From contig CAVUCU010000004.1 in assembly GCA_963740085.1 (NCBI GenBank), positions 288,001 to 352,000 on the forward strand: 64,000 nt of DNA. The letters run 5' to 3'. Shown here piece by piece: positions 38,842-48,421 of the stretch. Positions within the stretch are counted from its first letter, which is position 1; every line of letters begins with the position of its first letter. The position numbers and the translations under genes are program-made. This DNA comes from Nitrospirota bacterium. GTDB taxonomy: Bacteria > Nitrospirota > UBA9217. Under the pieces are notes generated by a model. That model saw only the letters and a program-made list of their open reading frames with translations, was not told the DNA's origin and made no database searches.

Positions 38842-38873
38842 TATTGCATACTTAATAATGATGAGGTTAATAA

Positions 38874-39182
38874 ATGATGGATAAAACATGCAGTCTTAAG
38901 TGTCCCGCATGCGCCTCTGAAGCGGTATATAAATACGGCCACTTAAAAAATGGAAAGCAGCGCCTCAAGTGCATTTTGTGCGGAAGACAGTTTGTCATTG
39001 GTATTTCGAGGCATGAAATGAGCAATCGTCCAACCTGTCCCCGATGCGGCCTTAAGATGCACCTTTACATGCATGACAAAATGGCGTTGCGATTCAGATG
39101 TTCGGAATATCCTGATTGTAAATCATATATAAAAATCCCTTATCAAAAGGAGGTCACCTCATATGAAAAGCTATGTTCATAA
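38874..39182 (+). CDS. Double zinc-ribbon protein (InsA-N-like plus topoisomerase C4-like finger)
   Basis: CPAC…YKYG…GKQRLKCILCGRQF and CPRC…FRCSEYPDC. Confidence 0.75.
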   Translation: MMDKTCSLKCPACASEAVYKYGHLKNGKQRLKCILCGRQFVIGISRHEMSNRPTCPRCGLKMHLYMHDKMALRFRCSEYPDCKSYIKIPYQKEVTSYEKLCS

Positions 39183-39534
39183 TGTACCGGGAAGACTGCG
39201 GATAAAGAATGCCCTGTTTAAAAATGTCTCAATCCACTATGAAGTTCGAAAGGCCCTTGTGGATATGGGCCACGGCATCGGAGCCGCTGATTTCAATACG
39301 ACGACGGGCAGCCTTCTGATCAACTACAACCCGACAGAGGTCCATCATCAGGACATCCTGAGCGCCCTCGCGAGGGGAGGTTTTTATCATCCCGACAAAA
39401 CAATAACCAACGATCAGGTGATTCATCAGGCAACGTCCAAGGCATTCAATGTGGTAGCCAGGGCGGTTTCGGGGGCCTTCATCGACACTGCCCTGCAGGG
39501 CACTGGCTTGTCATTTCTGGCAATATTGCTATAA
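39163..39534 (+). CDS. HMA2-domain protein
   Basis: YVHNVPGRLRIK…NTTTGSLLINY; hydrophobic C-terminus; RBS aggagg. Confidence 0.82.
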   Translation: MKSYVHNVPGRLRIKNALFKNVSIHYEVRKALVDMGHGIGAADFNTTTGSLLINYNPTEVHHQDILSALARGGFYHPDKTITNDQVIHQATSKAFNVVARAVSGAFIDTALQGTGLSFLAILL

Positions 39535-39601
39535 AAAAGGTTGTGCCCGGCTGTTTTTTATATTCTATTTCGGCATATTACGCCGGTATGCGGTACTTTC
39601 A

Positions 39602-40477
39602 TTGATGGCATCTCTATTCGAAAAAGTTGAAACGGCAAGCCGGGAGCATGACAATGCCAGATCAGGAGGTATGCCAGTGTCTCCGGAAATGTGCGACTCT
39701 GAATCGCATAGCTTCTCCCTGGCGATGCAAAGGAAGCTGGAGCGCTTTTATGACAGACTCAAGCCTTTTTGTGTAACAACCCTGGGAAGTACCGCCTGCC
39801 TTGAATTCCCCGTTGACTATCTTGAAACCCTAAACCGTCATAACGAAGCAACTATTCGCCGTAAGGAATGGGCTGAAATATATAAAAATCTCGGTGACGG
39901 AAAGCCGGAGTATGATCTTTGGCTGGACAAATATGAAAGCATTCTTCAAGATGCCGATGATTTGCCGATCATCGACCTTGGATGCGGCTATGGAAATGAC
40001 ACGCTCTATCTTCACGAAAGAGGATATAGGGTTGTTTCCTGTGATCTTTCGGCAGAGGCTCTCAAAAGGTTGACTTACTTCATCGCCGAGCCCGTGACAA
40101 AACAATTCGACATGCTGAACGGACTCCCTTTTGCAAAAGATTCGGCAAAGATTATCATCGCAGATCTCTCGCTGCACTATTTCTATTGGGAAGATACCAA
40201 AAGTGTCCTCAATGATATACGAAGGGTGCTCGTAAATGGCGGCCATCTTTTGTGCAGGGTTAATTCCATCAGGGATACGAGCCATGGGGCAGGACAGGGG
40301 CGACGCATAGAGAAAAACTATTTCGAGGTACAAGGTCGTCTAAAAAGGTTTTTTAACAGGGAATGCGTTGAAGATCTTTTCAAAGACTGGTCGATCGAGC
40401 ATATAAACGAGGCCCCCCTGTACAGATATGGGAAAGAGAAGATCCTCTGGGAAGTAGCCGTAAAAAAGGCGAGTTGA
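39602..40477 (+). CDS. Class I SAM-dependent methyltransferase with N-terminal extension
   Basis: IIDLGCGYG, SCDLS, ADLSLHYF; start uncertain. Confidence 0.85.
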   Translation: MMASLFEKVETASREHDNARSGGMPVSPEMCDSESHSFSLAMQRKLERFYDRLKPFCVTTLGSTACLEFPVDYLETLNRHNEATIRRKEWAEIYKNLGDGKPEYDLWLDKYESILQDADDLPIIDLGCGYGNDTLYLHERGYRVVSCDLSAEALKRLTYFIAEPVTKQFDMLNGLPFAKDSAKIIIADLSLHYFYWEDTKSVLNDIRRVLVNGGHLLCRVNSIRDTSHGAGQGRRIEKNYFEVQGRLKRFFNRECVEDLFKDWSIEHINEAPLYRYGKEKILWEVAVKKAS

Positions 40478-40588
40478 TGAGTGAGGCGCCGTTTTTTATT
40501 CTCTACGGGATCACGGAGAGTAATACTTAGGTAAGGGACGTTCCGACAAGAGAGATATCATGACGCTGCATATATCATCAGCCAGCGT

Positions 40589-40891
40589 CTATCTCGTATC
40601 AGAATGCGAATCCCTGTCTTTCTTTTGCCGTATGTAACAATCGAGCAATGAGTCTATATTTTTCCACACCGTCTGGCTCGGTATATACCAGTTAACACGT
40701 ACGACGCTGATAGCCATGGTCATTTTATACTCATCCCACCTTACGCGCAGTACTGCTCCGTGCAGGCGCGTGTCAATGTCCCATGGATTGAATCCCCTTA
40801 TGATAGCCCCGTGCGAGGCTGCTTCAGTAAGTATCTTATCGATACTCGTTTTACTTATATCTCTGTAGTCGCGTGTACTGAATCCCGTCAA
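40589..40891 (-). CDS. Hypothetical protein
   Basis: 100-aa ORF with aaggag RBS, last gene of minus-strand run. Confidence 0.6.
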   Translation of the reverse strand: MTGFSTRDYRDISKTSIDKILTEAASHGAIIRGFNPWDIDTRLHGAVLRVRWDEYKMTMAISVVRVNWYIPSQTVWKNIDSLLDCYIRQKKDRDSHSDTR

Positions 40892-40965
40892 TGGCTGCTC
40901 CTTAGTGGACCTGCAACGTCCGATTTGATCGCATATGAAAGAATCGTAACGGGGAGTAAATCTTT

Positions 40966-41226
40966 TTACAACTCCCGCGAATGGCCCCGCCGGCCTTCTA
41001 CGTCCGCTGTCGGCGTATTGTCACGCACAATGTCTTTTACCCTCTTTGAGACGAGCGCAGAGAGAAAGTATTTGATTCGCGCGGTCCGCGAATAATGCCT
41101 GAATACCATCCCATAGAGAGTCGATACGCGCTCCGTTGGCCGGTTCAGGCTCTGTGCAAGGTTTTCGATCGCGACCTGGTGATGACGTGGTCCAGACTCA
41201 ATATCCTGCAGAATACGTTTGTTCAT
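40966..41226 (-). CDS. Small DUF3562-like three-helix-bundle protein
   Basis: AIENLA…VSTLY…ARIKYFLSALVSKRVKD; ATGA overlap with CDF stop. Confidence 0.7.
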   Translation of the reverse strand: MNKRILQDIESGPRHHQVAIENLAQSLNRPTERVSTLYGMVFRHYSRTARIKYFLSALVSKRVKDIVRDNTPTADVEGRRGHSREL

Positions 41227-42194
41227 GTTTCGTTCCCCCTTTCTAATCCCAAGGGTTCTTGCCAACAGGACGCAGGCTGCAGAAGCATTTGATCCTGCTG
41301 AAAGCCCGGAGTGTGCGCGTCGTGCACCGTCGTTGGAATGTGCTGCTGTATTTCATAACCCTCTATATAAATATCATATAAGCCGAATTTACCCCGCAAT
41401 AATTTCTTCATCCGTCTCATCGTATCACGGCCATATCCAGAACCATTCGTCCTGATCCGTGCCACCAGGATGATCTTATCCGGTGAAAGACCCCAGATAT
41501 GTATGTCCTTGATATGATGTATTTCGGGGAAAGTCTGCTGCAGAAATCTGACGATATCATCTGCATCTATGTTTGCAGGACTCCCTTCCATGAGGATCTT
41601 GATGCTGTCCCTGACCAAAAAAAAGGTCGGATACGCTGCCAGGCATCCGATCAGGATGCCGGCAAGGGGGTCCACAAAATACAGATGGGTATACCGTATG
41701 ATGACGGCAGCACCGATGACGCCCACCGAACCCAGAGTATCGTTCAGGATAAGAAGCAGCGCCCCCTTGATGTTAACATCCTTTGAGTAGCGGTAGAGTT
41801 GCACAAGACCGAAGGCATTCGCCATGAGACCTACAACGGCAATCATGAGGACCTTGTCCGCTTCAATGGGCTGGGGGTGCAGGATTTTCTGGAAGGCTTC
41901 CGTAAAAACATAGAACAGGATGAAGCCGACCAATATCCCGTTAAACAGACCGGAAAGCACTTTAGCGCGTTCGTACCCGAAGGTGTTTACCTTGTCCGGC
42001 CGTCGGCGGACGATCCTGGTCACCCATAACGCGATGATCTGACCTGAGACATTGACGGCCATGAACGACGCGTCCGTCACGAGGGCGATGCTGTGATAAT
42101 AAAGCCCCCCGAACAATTCCACGAAGAAATAGGAGATTGTTACAACAAGAACGAGCGTCTGGCCTTTTACGTGCGTTTCTTCTGTCTCGTGCAT
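41223..42194 (-). CDS. Cation diffusion facilitator (CzcD/ZitB-like) with altered metal site
   Basis: TFGYERAKVL, DIHIW C-terminal domain; TM2 DASFMAVN, TM5 LLILND. Confidence 0.9.
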   Translation of the reverse strand: MHETEETHVKGQTLVLVVTISYFFVELFGGLYYHSIALVTDASFMAVNVSGQIIALWVTRIVRRRPDKVNTFGYERAKVLSGLFNGILVGFILFYVFTEAFQKILHPQPIEADKVLMIAVVGLMANAFGLVQLYRYSKDVNIKGALLLILNDTLGSVGVIGAAVIIRYTHLYFVDPLAGILIGCLAAYPTFFLVRDSIKILMEGSPANIDADDIVRFLQQTFPEIHHIKDIHIWGLSPDKIILVARIRTNGSGYGRDTMRRMKKLLRGKFGLYDIYIEGYEIQQHIPTTVHDAHTPGFQQDQMLLQPASCWQEPLGLERGNET

Positions 42195-42221
42195 GGTCCA
42201 CTGACCTTCCGTATAACTTTG

Positions 42222-43421
42222 TTATTCTTTCAAGAGAGAGGCCTTGTCAGTTAATTCCCAGGGCAGTCCGATATCCATTCTTCCTACATGACCGTACGCC
42301 GCGAGTTTACGATAAAAACCACCCTTGATCTGAGAGGGGAGGTGTCGAAGGTTGAACTGGCGTATGATCCCTGCCGGCCTAAAGTCGAAATGCTTCTGAA
42401 TAAGATCGGCGATGTTTTGATCAGATATTTTACCGGTCCCAAAGGTCTCTGCCTGGATGCTCACCGGTCGCGAAAATCCGATGGAATAGCTGAGCTGCAC
42501 CTCGCAGGCGGCGGCAAGTCCGGCTGCGACAACATTCTTTGCGGCATATCGAGCTGCATAGGCGCCGGTCCTGTCGATCCTTGAAGGGTCTTTCCCGCTC
42601 AAGGCTGCCCCGCTGATACGGGAGTATTCACCGTAGGTATCGATCGCGTTCTTTCTCCCGGTCAACCCTGAGTGCATGGCAGGACCGCCGCCGATAAAGG
42701 GTCCGTCGGGATTGATGAAGATCCGGGTGTGCTTATCAGGCTTGATCTCCTCGTCCTGAAAAACAGGACTCAGCACCGTTTCCCGGATATCGTCCTGGAG
42801 CCGTTTGGCATCGGGCCCCCCTTTGGGGGCCGTCCGCTTTTGGCTTGCAATAATGGTAATGCTGTGAACACGCGACGGTCTGCCGTCACGATATTCAATG
42901 CCGACCTGGGTCTTGCCGTCGGGCGCAAGATAGTCGAGCGTCTTCTGAAGCCGCACGGCCACAAGCTTCCTGGCAAGACGATGGGCGAGCCAGATGGGAA
43001 GCGGCATGAAGGCCGCGGTCTGATTGCAGGCAAAGCCGAACACCGTTACCTGGTTACGTGCAAGGATGCGTTCGATAACTTCCTCGGTCAGGGTACGTTC
43101 ATCGACCGACAAACTGCCGCCCGTAGGCACCTCGGTGAGGCTTGTTATGACGCTGCAGGTCTTTGCATTAAAGGCCCGCTCGTCATAGTCGACCTGGCTT
43201 ATGACCTGCCGGGCGATATTGGCATAATCGATCTTGGCCGAGGTGGCAAACCGCGCTGCGATGAAGACAATGGCCGTGGAAACAGCGCACTCGGCAATGA
43301 TATTCGCATAAGGGTCCTGCTGCAGAACATGATCGACGATCGCATCACTGATGATATCACAGAGCTTGTCAGGGTGGCCTTCGGTAACTGATTCCGAGGT
43401 GAACATGAAGTCCGTTTTCAT
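42222..43421 (-). CDS. metK: Methionine adenosyltransferase-like protein (divergent MetK paralogue)
   Basis: FTSESVTEGHPDK, PDGKTQV, GLTGRK, SGKDPSRIDR; GAGDQG motif replaced by ARNQV. Confidence 0.88.
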   Translation of the reverse strand: MKTDFMFTSESVTEGHPDKLCDIISDAIVDHVLQQDPYANIIAECAVSTAIVFIAARFATSAKIDYANIARQVISQVDYDERAFNAKTCSVITSLTEVPTGGSLSVDERTLTEEVIERILARNQVTVFGFACNQTAAFMPLPIWLAHRLARKLVAVRLQKTLDYLAPDGKTQVGIEYRDGRPSRVHSITIIASQKRTAPKGGPDAKRLQDDIRETVLSPVFQDEEIKPDKHTRIFINPDGPFIGGGPAMHSGLTGRKNAIDTYGEYSRISGAALSGKDPSRIDRTGAYAARYAAKNVVAAGLAAACEVQLSYSIGFSRPVSIQAETFGTGKISDQNIADLIQKHFDFRPAGIIRQFNLRHLPSQIKGGFYRKLAAYGHVGRMDIGLPWELTDKASLLKE

Positions 43422-43448
43422 TGGGCACTCTCCATGCGCGATGCCTGC

Positions 43449-46400
43449 TCAGGTAACTGCGAAAACTTGATTTCCGTGCAATAACGGAACCGGTGTCGTT
43501 GAACTGCCATTCAGCGCAAACGGCGGAGCAGCTTTCTTCTTTGTCGCTTCATTGATGAGCAGCGGAGCGACAGCGGTCCCGATCGAAATCGCCAGGTCAA
43601 AGGGATTCAGCGGGCCCATTCCCAGGAAGCTCCGGAGGCCTGGAACGAACAGGGTAAGCGACTGTACTCCCAGCGAGGCTGTCAGGGCGACGGTAAGATA
43701 GTTGTTCGGTGCGAGCCGGTCAGCCTCAAAGATGCTATGGGTCTCGGAACGGTGGCTGATCGCGTGCAACAGCCCTGCCGTTACGAAGTTTGTGAAGGCC
43801 ATGCTGCTGGCCTGGGGACCCTGCCCGTAACGAAGGACACCGTAGCCGTATGCAGCCAGCGTCCCCGCAGAGATGGTGGACGCCTCGAAGAGAAGCCGTT
43901 TGAAGTCAGACGAATTGATAAGCTGCTCCTCGGGACTTCGCGGAGGCCGCAGAAGCACGTCGGGTTCAGGGGGCTCTTGGGCAAGGGCTATGCCGGGGAA
44001 GATGTCAGAGATCATGTTGATCCAGAGAAGCTGCATGACATTGAACGGCTGTCCCATGCCCGCGGCAAGAGAGGTGAACATGATCATGATCTCGGCCGTG
44101 TTCTTTGAGATCATGTATCTCACGGATTTTCGGAGATTGTTGTAAATCGTCCGCCCTTGGCTGATGGCCACGACCATGGTCTCGAGATTATCATCCTCGA
44201 GAACCACGTCCGCCACCTCTCGCGCCACATCGGTTCCCGTGTGACCCAGGGCGATCCCGATATCGGCTGCCTTGAGCGCGGGTCCGTCGTTGATGCCGTC
44301 TCCGGTCATGCCGATGACCTTTCCCGCTGACTGGAGCGCCTGGACGATCTGAAGTTTGTTTGCCGGGCTCACTCGTGAAAAGACATGCACCCGCCCGGCC
44401 AGAGCCTTCATTACCTCTGGTTCAAGCTGTGCGAGGTGAGTGGAATCAAGGATCTCCAATTCCTCGTCATTGCTGAGATTAAGTTCTTTCCCGATGGCAT
44501 AGGCAGTGGGACCCTGGTCCCCGGTAATCATCACCGTGTCGATCCCCGCTCGGTGGAACGTACTGATCAGGTTCTTAACACCCTTTCGCACCGTATCCGC
44601 CATACCGACGAGGCCGACCCAGACAAGTCCCTGCTGGAGGATCTCTTCGCTTTTTCTTGTGCTTTCGTCGCTCACCGCGTAAGTGACGGCAAGAACCCGG
44701 AGCGCTTCGCCGGCCATACGTTCATTATTCGCTTCGAAGACCGCGCGGGCATTGTCGTCCATTTCCAGTTGCCGGCCGTCCTTGATGTACCATTTGCATA
44801 GTGACAATACATCGGAGGGACTCCCCTTGAGGGCCAGAAGCCGCTGCCGGTCATTCGAACGGTGTATGGTGCTCATATACTGCCGGTCTTCCGATCGGTA
44901 GTTCAACTTCACGATCGGGTGCTGGGCCCGAAGCGAGTTGACATCCACACCGGCGCTGAGCGCAAGGTTCACGAGGGCGTTTTCCGTCGAGGAGCCCTCG
45001 ACGACGTAATCTCCTTCCAATTCTGATACTATCGATTCATTACAAAGCACCGACAGATGGAGCAGACGGAGGACATCCTCGTTCGTATAGGGATTGATGT
45101 TTTTCCCTTCCGCCATGATCCTGCCGTCAACAACATCGAGACGGCGCATGCCGGCATGCAACTGGACCACAGACATCTTGTTCATGGTGATTGTGCCGGT
45201 TTTGTCAAGACAGATGGTCTCGACCGAACCGAGCGTTTCGACGGCGTCAAGGTGACGGACGAGCACGTTCAGTCCCCTCATGCGCTTGATGCCGAGCGCG
45301 AGGGTCGTCGTCGTAACGGTCGGTAGCCCCTCAGGCACTGCGGCCACGGCCAGGGCAATGGAGGTCTTGAGCATCTGGAGAAAACCGTAACCGCGCAGAA
45401 TGCCTACAATGAACACGATGCCGCATACGGCGCAGGTGATATACACCAACTGGACCCCCAGGTGGTCCATCTGCCGTTCCAAGGGCGTATCGGGCGGCCG
45501 CGCCTCTCCCACCATGGTCTGGATCTTTCCGACCTCGGTAAATCGCCCTGTAGCCACGGCGACGGCGAGGCCTTGTCCTCCCGTGACCAGTGTGCCCATA
45601 TAGACCATGTTGGTGCGGTCGGCAAGGGGGATGTCCGGCACATGCAGTTCTTCGGTGGTTTTCATTACCGGCATGCTCTCGCCCGTCAATGCGGACTCAT
45701 CAATGCTCAGGTATTTTGCCTGTATGAGACGGGCGTCGGCCGCAATATAGCTTCCCGGTCTCAGTACGAGCATCTCGCCGGGAACGACCTCCTTGGCATC
45801 AATGGTCGTGATGACTCCGCCGCGGAGCACTATTGACGAAGGCTGTACGAGGCTCTTTAACCCATGGATGATCTTTTCCGTTTGGTTCTCGGTGTAATAC
45901 CCGATGGAGGAATTAATAACGACCACCCCCATGATCACGACGGCATCCGCAAATCCGCCTGTAGCAACGGAAATGCCCGCGGCAACACCAAGGAGAGCTA
46001 CGGGAAGGGACTTGAACTGATCGAAGAACATGCTCCAGCCGGAGCGGGGAACGGATTCGGGCAGAATGTTGGGACCATATTGGATGAACAAAAGACGGGC
46101 TGCTTCTTCGGACAGGCCTTCTGACGCCGAGGTGCCCCATCGCTGCAGCACATCCTTCCCTTCCATGCAGTGCCATTGCTCTTCCTGCTGGTCTTCGGCA
46201 TTGGCAACCTGTTTGCGAACGGTCCGCAGGCTAGGCGTTTTCTTGCCAGCAGTGGTAAGGTCGGGAGAGACGTCGGCGCGCACGGGCCGGACAACAACTG
46301 TTTCTTTCTTCTGCGACACAGCAGGGAACGGGTTTTTCTTCCCCTTGACCGGCTTGCCATTTTTGCGTTCGACTACGGACTTCAGGAGGGAAGCTACTGC

Positions 46401-46595
46401 TGATGCATGGTTGCCGTTCTGTGAATCGAACAGCACGAGAACGCTGCCCGTGAGGGTATTGATCGAAACGCTCAGGATCCACTTGTGCTGTGTGAGATGC
46501 TGCTCGATCCGCTGTTTCAACTGCTCTGAGCGATAAAGACCCTCTACCTTATAACGGGCCCGCCCTTTTACCGACGTATGAACGGCTTGGACCAC
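43449..46595 (-). CDS. P2A-type (Ca2+-like) P-type ATPase with N-terminal HMA2-like domain
   Basis: TGES, VPEGL, DKTGT, TGDGIND, TM5 SKNTAE, TM6 WINMISD; N-terminus HTSVKGRARY…NTLTGSVLV. Confidence 0.93.
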   Translation of the reverse strand: MVQAVHTSVKGRARYKVEGLYRSEQLKQRIEQHLTQHKWILSVSINTLTGSVLVLFDSQNGNHASAVASLLKSVVERKNGKPVKGKKNPFPAVSQKKETVVVRPVRADVSPDLTTAGKKTPSLRTVRKQVANAEDQQEEQWHCMEGKDVLQRWGTSASEGLSEEAARLLFIQYGPNILPESVPRSGWSMFFDQFKSLPVALLGVAAGISVATGGFADAVVIMGVVVINSSIGYYTENQTEKIIHGLKSLVQPSSIVLRGGVITTIDAKEVVPGEMLVLRPGSYIAADARLIQAKYLSIDESALTGESMPVMKTTEELHVPDIPLADRTNMVYMGTLVTGGQGLAVAVATGRFTEVGKIQTMVGEARPPDTPLERQMDHLGVQLVYITCAVCGIVFIVGILRGYGFLQMLKTSIALAVAAVPEGLPTVTTTTLALGIKRMRGLNVLVRHLDAVETLGSVETICLDKTGTITMNKMSVVQLHAGMRRLDVVDGRIMAEGKNINPYTNEDVLRLLHLSVLCNESIVSELEGDYVVEGSSTENALVNLALSAGVDVNSLRAQHPIVKLNYRSEDRQYMSTIHRSNDRQRLLALKGSPSDVLSLCKWYIKDGRQLEMDDNARAVFEANNERMAGEALRVLAVTYAVSDESTRKSEEILQQGLVWVGLVGMADTVRKGVKNLISTFHRAGIDTVMITGDQGPTAYAIGKELNLSNDEELEILDSTHLAQLEPEVMKALAGRVHVFSRVSPANKLQIVQALQSAGKVIGMTGDGINDGPALKAADIGIALGHTGTDVAREVADVVLEDDNLETMVVAISQGRTIYNNLRKSVRYMISKNTAEIMIMFTSLAAGMGQPFNVMQLLWINMISDIFPGIALAQEPPEPDVLLRPPRSPEEQLINSSDFKRLLFEASTISAGTLAAYGYGVLRYGQGPQASSMAFTNFVTAGLLHAISHRSETHSIFEADRLAPNNYLTVALTASLGVQSLTLFVPGLRSFLGMGPLNPFDLAISIGTAVAPLLINEATKKKAAPPFALNGSSTTPVPLLHGNQVFAVT

Positions 46596-46650
46596 GTACG
46601 ATTCCTCCCCATCTGAAATGGAAGCCGGTCACAAGCCAGGCAAGAACTGA

Positions 46651-47379
46651 TTAAGCCCGTTGCGACTTCGGCAGGGCGGTGCCAGCGACTTCTTTCACGC
46701 CTTCTACAACGCCGACCAGCATGTCCTTGACCGCCTTGACGGCTGTGTTGCCGATCAAAGATGCCGCATCGATCGCGCCCGTGACAGCAACCTTTGCAAC
46801 CTCCTCTGCATTCCCACCGACTTCCTTCGTGGCTTCGATCACGCCGTCTACGGCCCGCCGGGCAACCATGGCTACATCCGCACCGACCTCGGCCGCACCC
46901 TTGACAGCTCCTCTGACGGTCTGGCCTGCAACGGAAATCACGTCGCCGCCAACATCGCTCACTCCCATGATCACCCCTTTTGCAACGCTCTTGGTGCTCA
47001 GGATGAGGCCGGTGCCGACCTCTTCAGTAGCCTGAATGGCGCCCTTGACCACATCTTTCGTGATGTCAATTGCTTCGCCGGCGACCATGCCGGTTGCCCG
47101 CAGCGAATTGGAAACGGTGTTCCTGACAAGGCTGACTATCTCTGCTTCGATCTCGTTGATCCCCTTGAGACTGCTCACGACGCCCTCTTTCACGGTAGAG
47201 CCTGCTTTGCCGATGTCCTGGGCTGAAAATACAACTTCCGTGGCCTCTGCGCTTGTCATGTCTGTTCCTCCTCTTGTAGTCTTCGTTGTTGAGACTAGAT
47301 CATCCGATTTTGATGACGTGCCGCGCGGACTACGTTTCACGGACTTCTTCGTCGGCGCTTTTTGTTTTTGGTCACTCAT
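46651..47379 (-). CDS. 22-aa amphipathic repeat protein with basic N-terminal tail
   Basis: KGAIQATEEVG…/KGVIMGVSDVG…/RGAVKGAAEVG…/DGVIEATKEVG…/TGAIDAASLIG at 22-aa period. Confidence 0.8.
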   Translation of the reverse strand: MSDQKQKAPTKKSVKRSPRGTSSKSDDLVSTTKTTRGGTDMTSAEATEVVFSAQDIGKAGSTVKEGVVSSLKGINEIEAEIVSLVRNTVSNSLRATGMVAGEAIDITKDVVKGAIQATEEVGTGLILSTKSVAKGVIMGVSDVGGDVISVAGQTVRGAVKGAAEVGADVAMVARRAVDGVIEATKEVGGNAEEVAKVAVTGAIDAASLIGNTAVKAVKDMLVGVVEGVKEVAGTALPKSQRA

Positions 47380-47556
47380 AGTGTTACTCCTCCCAAGGTT
47401 TTATAATAATCGCATTACATTTTGTAGCCGGGTAGTTTGATAATTCCGGGGAACGGACTTCTGGTAAATGCCGGATTGTATTGCTTCTTAATGCCTTCGG
47501 AGCTAACAAGGCGGACACAGATGGAAGGGTTCCCGTCTTTCTCAGTGCTGCCAACG

Positions 47557-48045
47557 TTATTTCTTTTCGCCTTCTTTCACTATCTTTGAGTGGAGATTAT
47601 AAGCGTACCAGTACGCCGAGGACCACGGGATGGCCCCTCCATTCCCCGTCAGAATCTGCGCACTACCCGCCACAATCAGGGCTGCAACTGCAAAACCGCG
47701 CAGATCCATATCGCCGTCCGTGAGGTTCTGTATCTGCCGATCAATGCGCTTGAACGTCTCGCCAAGGTTTCGGTTAAGTTCTGCAGGGCGTACCCTGGAA
47801 CTCTTTTGTTCCTCTAAGGAAAAAAGATCCCCCGACCTTGCATACTCCGCAATCTCACGCACTGTCGTTTGGTGAAGCAAGAGTATACTCCCCGTACCCG
47901 GGTTCACCTCGATGGAGAGAACACCCGGACAAGCGGCAAGCTGATCCCCGTATGACTTCAGTGCCGCTAGGTTGCCTTTTTGTGAGGGGACCCTGATCCG
48001 TAATCTCCCGGTTGAAGTATGGGCGATGACGGCAGCCGGGATCAT
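47557..48045 (-). CDS. HMA2-domain membrane protein
   Basis: AHTSTGRLRIRVP…VNPGTGSILL; C-terminal TM with PW…YWY. Confidence 0.82.
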   Translation of the reverse strand: MIPAAVIAHTSTGRLRIRVPSQKGNLAALKSYGDQLAACPGVLSIEVNPGTGSILLLHQTTVREIAEYARSGDLFSLEEQKSSRVRPAELNRNLGETFKRIDRQIQNLTDGDMDLRGFAVAALIVAGSAQILTGNGGAIPWSSAYWYAYNLHSKIVKEGEKK

Positions 48046-48392
48046 GACGTGGCTGGCCTGGGCCTGCGTTTGGAGATTGCAGCCGTTACTGCAACCGGTG
48101 CCGCAGCCGGTGCCGCAACCGTGTCATTCACCGCTTCTGCTGCAGCCGCAGTCGTCTCGGCCAGTTCCGCCTTAGCTTCAGCCACAATATCTTCCGTAAT
48201 TTCAGCGATCTCGGCAAAGGCTTCCTTGCCGCGTTCATACATCTGCATACCTCCTTTTATCGCGGCTTTTGCCAGCGGCTTTGCGATCGTGGCAAACAGA
48301 GGAATGACTACGGGCGCCAGTACTGCGGCGCCGATACCGATTGCCAAACCGGTAATAAGACTACCTTTCAATCCACTATCTAACAGTCCCAT
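48042..48392 (-). CDS. DUF5132-like GxxxG membrane protein
   Basis: GLAIGIGAAVLAP…KPLAKAAIKGG…EDIVAEAKAE; Ala/Pro linker, basic tail. Confidence 0.82.
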   Translation of the reverse strand: MGLLDSGLKGSLITGLAIGIGAAVLAPVVIPLFATIAKPLAKAAIKGGMQMYERGKEAFAEIAEITEDIVAEAKAELAETTAAAAEAVNDTVAAPAAAPVAVTAAISKRRPRPATS

Positions 48393-48421
48393 AATAGCAT
48401 GATCTCCTTTCTATAAAATTA

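Noticed and set aside
38874-39182. IS1 element
   Set aside because: No InsB/DDE frame or terminal IRs visible.
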